Below, piece after piece: positions 59,627 through 64,000 of a stretch of 64,000 nucleotides of DNA. The position numbers were made by a program, and so were the translations under genes. The stretch's first letter is position 1. Each line of letters starts with the position of its first letter. Under the pieces are notes generated by a model. That model was not told where the DNA came from. It was given only the letters and a program-made list of their open reading frames with translations, and ran no database searches. Origin of the DNA: an uncultured Acidobacteriota bacterium (lineage in GTDB: Bacteria; Acidobacteriota; Thermoanaerobaculia; Multivoradales; UBA5704); NCBI GenBank assembly GCA_963799925.1, contig CAWCYZ010000002.1, forward strand, positions 1,425,025 to 1,489,024, read 5' to 3'.

Positions 59627-61150
59627 ATGAGCGAGCCCGAGGTCCTCATCGTCGGAGCGGGTCCGACCGGCCTCGTGCTGGCGCTCGGGCTCGCCAGGCA
59701 GGGCGTCCCGTTCCGCCTCGTCGAGAGGCACGCCGGTCCGGGCGAGGCCTCGCGGGCGATGGCCGTGCAGGCGCGCACCCTGGAGCTCTACCGGCAGCTC
59801 GGGTTCGCCGACGAGGTCGTCCGCCGCGGCCTGCGGATGGACCGGCTGCACCTGCGGGAGGGCAGCCGCGAGGTCGCGATGTTCGAGTTCGGCGACCTCG
59901 GCCCCGACCTCAGCCCCTATCCCTTCGTCCTCAGCTTCCCGCAGGACGAGCACGAGAAGCTGCTGATCGAGCGGCTCGCGGCGGCCGGCGCCGAGGTCGA
60001 GTGGAACACCGAGCTCGCCACGTTCGCCGATGACGGCGAGCGCGTCCGGGCGACGCTCCGCAAGCCGGGGGGAGAGGAGACCTGCGAGGCCGCCTTCCTC
60101 TGCGGCTGCGACGGCGCCCACAGCGCCGTGCGCCAGGGCCTCGAGCTGGGCTTCCCGGGCGGCACCTACGAGCAGCGGTTCTACGTCGCCGACGTCGAGG
60201 CGACGGGCGAGGCGGTCGGCGACCAGGACGTCAACCTGTGCATCGGCGCCCATGCTTTCTGCGCCGTCTTCCCGGTCCGCAGCACGGGCCAGCACCGGTT
60301 GATCGGCCTCGTGCCGGACGCGCTCGGCGGCCGCGAGGACCTCACCTTCGAGGACGTCCGCGCCGACCTCGAAGCGCTGATCGACGTGCGCGTCCGAAGG
60401 GTGAACTGGTTCTCCAGCTACCGCGTCCATCACCGCGTCGCCGAACGCTTCCGGGTGGGCCGCGCCTTCCTCGCCGGCGACGCCGGTCACGTGCACAGCC
60501 CGGTGGGTGGGCAGGGGATGAACACCGGCATCGGCGATGCGATGAACCTCGCCTGGAAGCTGGCGGACGTCGTCCAGGGCCGCGCCGATCCGGCGCTCCT
60601 CGACACCTACGACAGCGAGCGCATCGGCTTCGCCCGCTCGCTCGTCGCGACCACCGACAAGCTGTTCCAGGGGATCGTCGGACGCGGCATGACCGGCCAG
60701 GTCGTCCGCTCCCTGCTGATCCCGCACCTGCTGCCGTTCCTGCTGGGTTTTCACGCCGTCCGCCGGGAGCAGTTCCGCCTCGTCTCGCAGACCCGCATCG
60801 CCTACCGGGAGAGCGCGCTCAGCGAGGGGGCGGCGGGCGACATCCACGGCGGCGACCGGCTGCCCTGGGTGGCGGGGGTCGACGGCGGCAACTTCGCGCC
60901 GCTCGCCGCGGTCGCTTGGCAGGTGCACGTCTATGGCACGGCGCGGCCGGAGCTCGCCGCGGCGGCCGCGCGCGCCGGCCTGCCGCTCCACGTCTTCGCC
61001 TGGGACGGCGCGGCGGAGGAAGCGGGCCTCGCGGAGGACGCCCTCTATCTGGTGCGGCCGGACGGCCACGTCGCCCTGGCCGACCGCGGCCAGGATGCCG
61101 AGACCCTCGGCCGCTTCCTCGCCCGCTTCCATCTCCGCGGGCGCGGATAG
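59627..61150 (+). CDS. FAD-dependent aromatic-ring monooxygenase family protein
   Basis: 507 aa from ATG 59627. Contains VLIVGAGPTGLVLALGLARQG, CDGAHSAVR and GDAGHVHSPVGGQGMNTGIGDA. Confidence 0.85.
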   Translation: MSEPEVLIVGAGPTGLVLALGLARQGVPFRLVERHAGPGEASRAMAVQARTLELYRQLGFADEVVRRGLRMDRLHLREGSREVAMFEFGDLGPDLSPYPFVLSFPQDEHEKLLIERLAAAGAEVEWNTELATFADDGERVRATLRKPGGEETCEAAFLCGCDGAHSAVRQGLELGFPGGTYEQRFYVADVEATGEAVGDQDVNLCIGAHAFCAVFPVRSTGQHRLIGLVPDALGGREDLTFEDVRADLEALIDVRVRRVNWFSSYRVHHRVAERFRVGRAFLAGDAGHVHSPVGGQGMNTGIGDAMNLAWKLADVVQGRADPALLDTYDSERIGFARSLVATTDKLFQGIVGRGMTGQVVRSLLIPHLLPFLLGFHAVRREQFRLVSQTRIAYRESALSEGAAGDIHGGDRLPWVAGVDGGNFAPLAAVAWQVHVYGTARPELAAAAARAGLPLHVFAWDGAAEEAGLAEDALYLVRPDGHVALADRGQDAETLGRFLARFHLRGRG

Positions 61151-61196
61151 CCGGGCCGCTTCCGCCGGCGGGGAGCCCCGAGCCGAGGCCGGCTCT

Positions 61197-61802
61197 TTAC
61201 GCGGGGCTGGAGCCGTGGCGCGCCAGGCGCCCGGCGAGGTGGCGCTTCACGTCGGGCCATTCGGCGGCGAGGATGCTGAACATCACGGAGTCGCGGACCG
61301 TCCCGTCACGCCGCGCCTGGTGATGGCGGATCACGCCGTCCCGGTGGGCGCCGAGCGCGGCGATCGCCTTCTGCGAGGCGAAGTTGAAGTTGTCCGTCCG
61401 CAACCCGACGACCTGGCATCCCAGCCCCTCGAACGCGTGCGCGAGCAGCAGCAGCTTGCAGGCGGTGTTGACGTGGCTGCGCTGCCACCGCGCGGCGTAC
61501 CAGGTGTAGCCGATCTCCACCCGCTCGACCGCCGGCGCGATGTCGTGGTACCGCGTGCTGCCCACGATGGCGCCCGTCGCGAGCTCGCGGACCGCCCAGG
61601 GCAGCATGTGCCCCGCCCGCTGGGCGTCGAGAGCGTCGGCGATGTAGGCGCCCGTCTGCTCGGGCTCGGGGACGAAGGTGAACCAGAGCTCCCAGAGCCG
61701 CCCGTCGGCCGCGGCGGCGGCCAACCCTTCCCGATGAGCGGCGGTGAGCGGCTCCAGACGGACTCCATGCCCCTCGAGCGTTACCGGCGCCGGCGCGATC
61801 AT
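61197..61802 (-). CDS. GNAT family N-acetyltransferase (RimJ/RimL-like)
   Basis: 201 aa from ATG 61802. Contains VEIGYTWYAARWQRSHVNTACKLLLLAHAFEGLG and NFASQKAIAALGA. Confidence 0.85.
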   Translation of the reverse strand: MIAPAPVTLEGHGVRLEPLTAAHREGLAAAAADGRLWELWFTFVPEPEQTGAYIADALDAQRAGHMLPWAVRELATGAIVGSTRYHDIAPAVERVEIGYTWYAARWQRSHVNTACKLLLLAHAFEGLGCQVVGLRTDNFNFASQKAIAALGAHRDGVIRHHQARRDGTVRDSVMFSILAAEWPDVKRHLAGRLARHGSSPA

Positions 61803-62326
61803 CCCGCGTCCTCGCTTTCTCCCGCGGGGTTCATCGACGCTTCGAAGGCGTCGCGCAGCCGGCGCGATTTGATGCTGCCGCGCGGAATACATACCGGGCA
61901 GCCGCACGGACGCTTCCCGTGGGCATCCGGGTAGTAGCGCCACCCGATGACCTGGCTGACGGGCCGGATCGCATGGATCTCCGAGGGCTCGATCTTCCTG
62001 GGGATGAGGACCTCGTAGCCACGGGCGTCCGCCGCCGCCATGATGAGTCGAACAGCACGCGCCGCGGTCATCGCCTCATGGGCCGCCCTGTAGTGTCCGA
62101 CCACCACCGCTTCGCGGTCCGCTATCCGAAAATGGACCCCGACCATGGACTTCGAGCCTCCCCGCTTCAGCTCGCGAAGCCACTGGTGGGAGACGAAGTA
62201 GTTGGGCAAGACGGGCATCGCGTACACACCCCAGCCCGGCTCGCGCCGCCGGCCCGCGGGTCGAATGCCCGCTCGCTCGAGCGAGCGCTGCTGCCGCGAA
62301 TCCGCGATGTGGACGAACATTGCCAT
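61799..62326 (-). CDS. hypothetical protein, translationally coupled to GNAT gene
   Basis: 175 aa. The stop overlaps the GNAT ATG (ATGA). It has a C-terminal CGCPVC motif and no recognised family. Confidence 0.5.
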   Translation of the reverse strand: MAMFVHIADSRQQRSLERAGIRPAGRRREPGWGVYAMPVLPNYFVSHQWLRELKRGGSKSMVGVHFRIADREAVVVGHYRAAHEAMTAARAVRLIMAAADARGYEVLIPRKIEPSEIHAIRPVSQVIGWRYYPDAHGKRPCGCPVCIPRGSIKSRRLRDAFEASMNPAGESEDAG

Positions 62327-62475
62327 GGGGAGGAGGCCGGCGACGATCGTAGCAGAGCCTCGGCGCTGCCCGCGTCGTCACCGGCAGCATGCGGCGGGCC
62401 CGCGCGCGTGCCGTAGAGCCAGGAGCATGGTGCGCGCCCGCGCCACCCCGGGAAGCATGCCCACGGACGCTCCGC

Positions 62476-62763
62476 TCAGTTCTGACAGCCCGAGCCGGTC
62501 TTCACGCAGAGGCAGCAGGAGCCGCTACACCGGAACACGCAGCAGTTCGGCGGCGTCTGCGGGCAGGAGAACACGTCGAGCCGCGGCGCGACCAGGAAGT
62601 CGGGGAGCTGCGGCACGGCTGCGCCGGAGGCGGCCACGGCCGCGGTCGGAGCGCTGGCGGCCACGGTCGGCTGCGCTGCAGCGGCGGGAGCGGGCGGAGC
62701 GGCGGCGAGGAGCGAAGCGGCGAGGACGAGGGCGAGCAACGCGATACCGAGGACTTTCGACAT
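62476..62763 (-). CDS. small secreted Cys-rich peptide (8 Cys in last 30 aa)
   Basis: AAAGGAG SD lies 7 nt upstream of the ATG. The signal peptide is MSKVLGIALLALVLAASLLAAA, followed by an Ala/Pro spacer and the C-terminus FSCPQTPPNCCVFRCSGSCCLCVKTGSGCQN. Confidence 0.6.
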   Translation of the reverse strand: MSKVLGIALLALVLAASLLAAAPPAPAAAAQPTVAASAPTAAVAASGAAVPQLPDFLVAPRLDVFSCPQTPPNCCVFRCSGSCCLCVKTGSGCQN

Positions 62764-62843
62764 GGTTGTCTCCTTTCAACAGTAACAGTGCGCGCCCGCC
62801 GATATGGGGAGCAGGTGCGCCCGGCCGGCGCTCTCGATAGGCG

Positions 62844-63191
62844 TCAAAGGGGCAGGAACTCGACTCGGTTGGCGAGCTCATGAGGTTCCATGGCTTCTGC
62901 GATCAGGTGGAGATCGCGGATGCAGTCGCCAATGGTCACATGGAGCTGGTGTGCGTAGAGGACTCCCGCGAAGGGAATCCCCTCCTCCTGGCGCCGCCGC
63001 GCCTCGGCCAGCAGATCCTCATCTTGGGAGAAGAGAGGGCGGCCCAGCTCGGTCGCCCGGTCCAGCAGCAGCGGATCGGCGATCCCTCGGCGATCGTCGT
63101 CCTGGGGCGTCATGACATCGACGCCTCGCAGGCGCAGCCCGGTTGTAATAGCCCGCGGGACGTTCTCGTCCAGGTAGAGCGCAAGGCTCAA
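62844..63191 (-). CDS. DUF5615 (PIN-like, Mut7-C related) putative toxin
   Basis: 115 aa. The start is LYLDENVPRAITTGLRLRGVDV. It overlaps the upstream DUF433 gene by 4 nt. Confidence 0.75.
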   Translation of the reverse strand: MSLALYLDENVPRAITTGLRLRGVDVMTPQDDDRRGIADPLLLDRATELGRPLFSQDEDLLAEARRRQEEGIPFAGVLYAHQLHVTIGDCIRDLHLIAEAMEPHELANRVEFLPL

Positions 63192-63508
63192 CGGGAGATG
63201 CGGCGAAGCTTGGCTGCGAGAGGAGAGGGGCCGGCCTCCTGCCGGGCCTGCTCGGCGTAGCGGAAGCGGCGCTCGATGTCAGCATCCAGCTCGTCCTTAT
63301 GGTCCCAGTAGTAGGCGAGAGCGGTATGAATTTGCCCAAGCGACAGACTGGGAAACTGGAAATGCAGCTCCTCCGGGCTCCACCCGTGAGCCTGCTGCGC
63401 CATGACGAGCTCCACGACCTTCATCGTCGTTCCCGCGAGCACCGGCGAGCCCTGCGCGTCGGCGGTGAGATGTGGATACGCTGGATTGGTTGTAGCAGGC
63501 TCACCCAT
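63188..63508 (-). CDS. DUF433 putative antitoxin
   Basis: 106 aa from ATG 63508. Contains GSPVLAGTTMKVVELV...GWSPEELHFQFPSLSLGQIHTALAYYWDH. Confidence 0.8.
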   Translation of the reverse strand: MGEPATTNPAYPHLTADAQGSPVLAGTTMKVVELVMAQQAHGWSPEELHFQFPSLSLGQIHTALAYYWDHKDELDADIERRFRYAEQARQEAGPSPLAAKLRRISR

Positions 63509-63723
63509 GGTCGCTAGTTTATCCTCACTCCCCCACGCGAAGGCGCGATACCCCCGTCGGCTGCGATGGTTACTACCCGGGACACCGATCCTCGGCTCGA
63601 ACTCTCCCCGCCGCGCGGCTAGCCCTCGCCTATGCGTACCATGCAAGCCCTCCCCCGGAGGCATGCTAAAGGCTGGCTTGCACATGGGGGCGATACCCTC
63701 GCATGGTAAAGTCTGCCTTTAAT

Positions 63724-64000
63724 ATGGGCCCAATGACCGGCCCTATGAAAGGCACGACGCGGGCCGGGCGCTACACCGCGCAGACCGGTGGATACAGCGC
63801 CTTCCTCCCGGCGCCGCTGCCTCCGCGCCCACCCATCCGCGTGATGGGTGAGCTGCAGGGGCTGTTGTCCGACGCGGACCGAGGCCTCGGGCGGCTCGAT
63901 GGCTCCATCCAGACCCTCCCTCATCCAGACCTCTTCGTGCTGATGTACGTCCGCAAGGAGGCAGTCCCCAGCCAATCGAGGGCACCCAAAGCTGATCGCC
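63724..64000 (+). pseudogene. Fic family protein, N-terminal part (runs off window; frame disrupted near 63966)
   Basis: The Fic_N pattern is GRYTAQTGGYSAFLPAPLPPRPP...LSDADRGLGRLDG...LPHPDLFVLMYVRKEAV. The expected S.IEGTQ motif appears in a different frame (PQPIEGTQS then TGA). Confidence 0.55.

Noticed and set aside
62370-62460. Three AGCATG hexamers upstream of the Cys-rich peptide locus, reminiscent of the GCATGG repeats at 1659-1674
   Set aside because: The spacing is irregular (about 46 and 27 bp), the motif is short, and there is no associated -24/-12 element. This is likely chance.

Overview
This window is a high-G+C bacterial chromosomal segment. The gene content (sigma-54 regulators, type IV pilus genes, Ser/Thr kinase, DUF4388, TPR) suggests Acidobacteriota or Myxococcota, but that is inference only. 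Layout: (1) 1-17.9 kb is a type IV pilus / pseudopilin locus. It holds two GspG-like pilin paralogs, a methyltransferase, a YfhO/GT-C-like membrane protein, prepilin peptidase, a sensor kinase, a fimT-pilV-pilW-pilX-pilY1 minor-pilin operon and a convergent PilR-like sigma-54 activator. (2) 17.9-29 kb is housekeeping: selA, TPR, ychF, Uma2, pmbA/tldD, acyl-CoA carboxyltransferase, an H1-like basic protein and glyA. (3) 29.2-34.3 kb holds four paralogous cytosolic-type sulfotransferases, arranged as two coupled pairs around an antisense folC and splitting the usual accD-folC linkage. (4) 34.4-47.6 kb holds accD, a receiver-Ser/Thr kinase abutting a TonB-C module, yebC-ruvC, a DUF4388/OMP/OmpA cluster, ftsEX and gatB. 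(5) 47.6-54.6 kb is a scrambled accessory segment. It contains a group II intron with a decayed reverse transcriptase, a second truncated intron 5' end fused to a murB 3' fragment, a visibly lower-G+C 780-aa membrane protein with a C-terminal UbiA prenyltransferase domain, and a run of gene fragments ending at a G12 tract. (6) 54.6-64 kb holds pgeF, rlmN, a kinase, tatA, oxidoreductases, GNAT, a Cys-rich secreted peptide, a DUF433/DUF5615 toxin-antitoxin pair and a Fic N-terminus. At least nine genes show apparent frameshifts, so either the assembly carries indel errors or there is real pseudogenisation. No CRISPR array, rRNA or convincing tRNA was seen. Most long ORFs in the six-frame track are off-frame or antisense artefacts of the high G+C.
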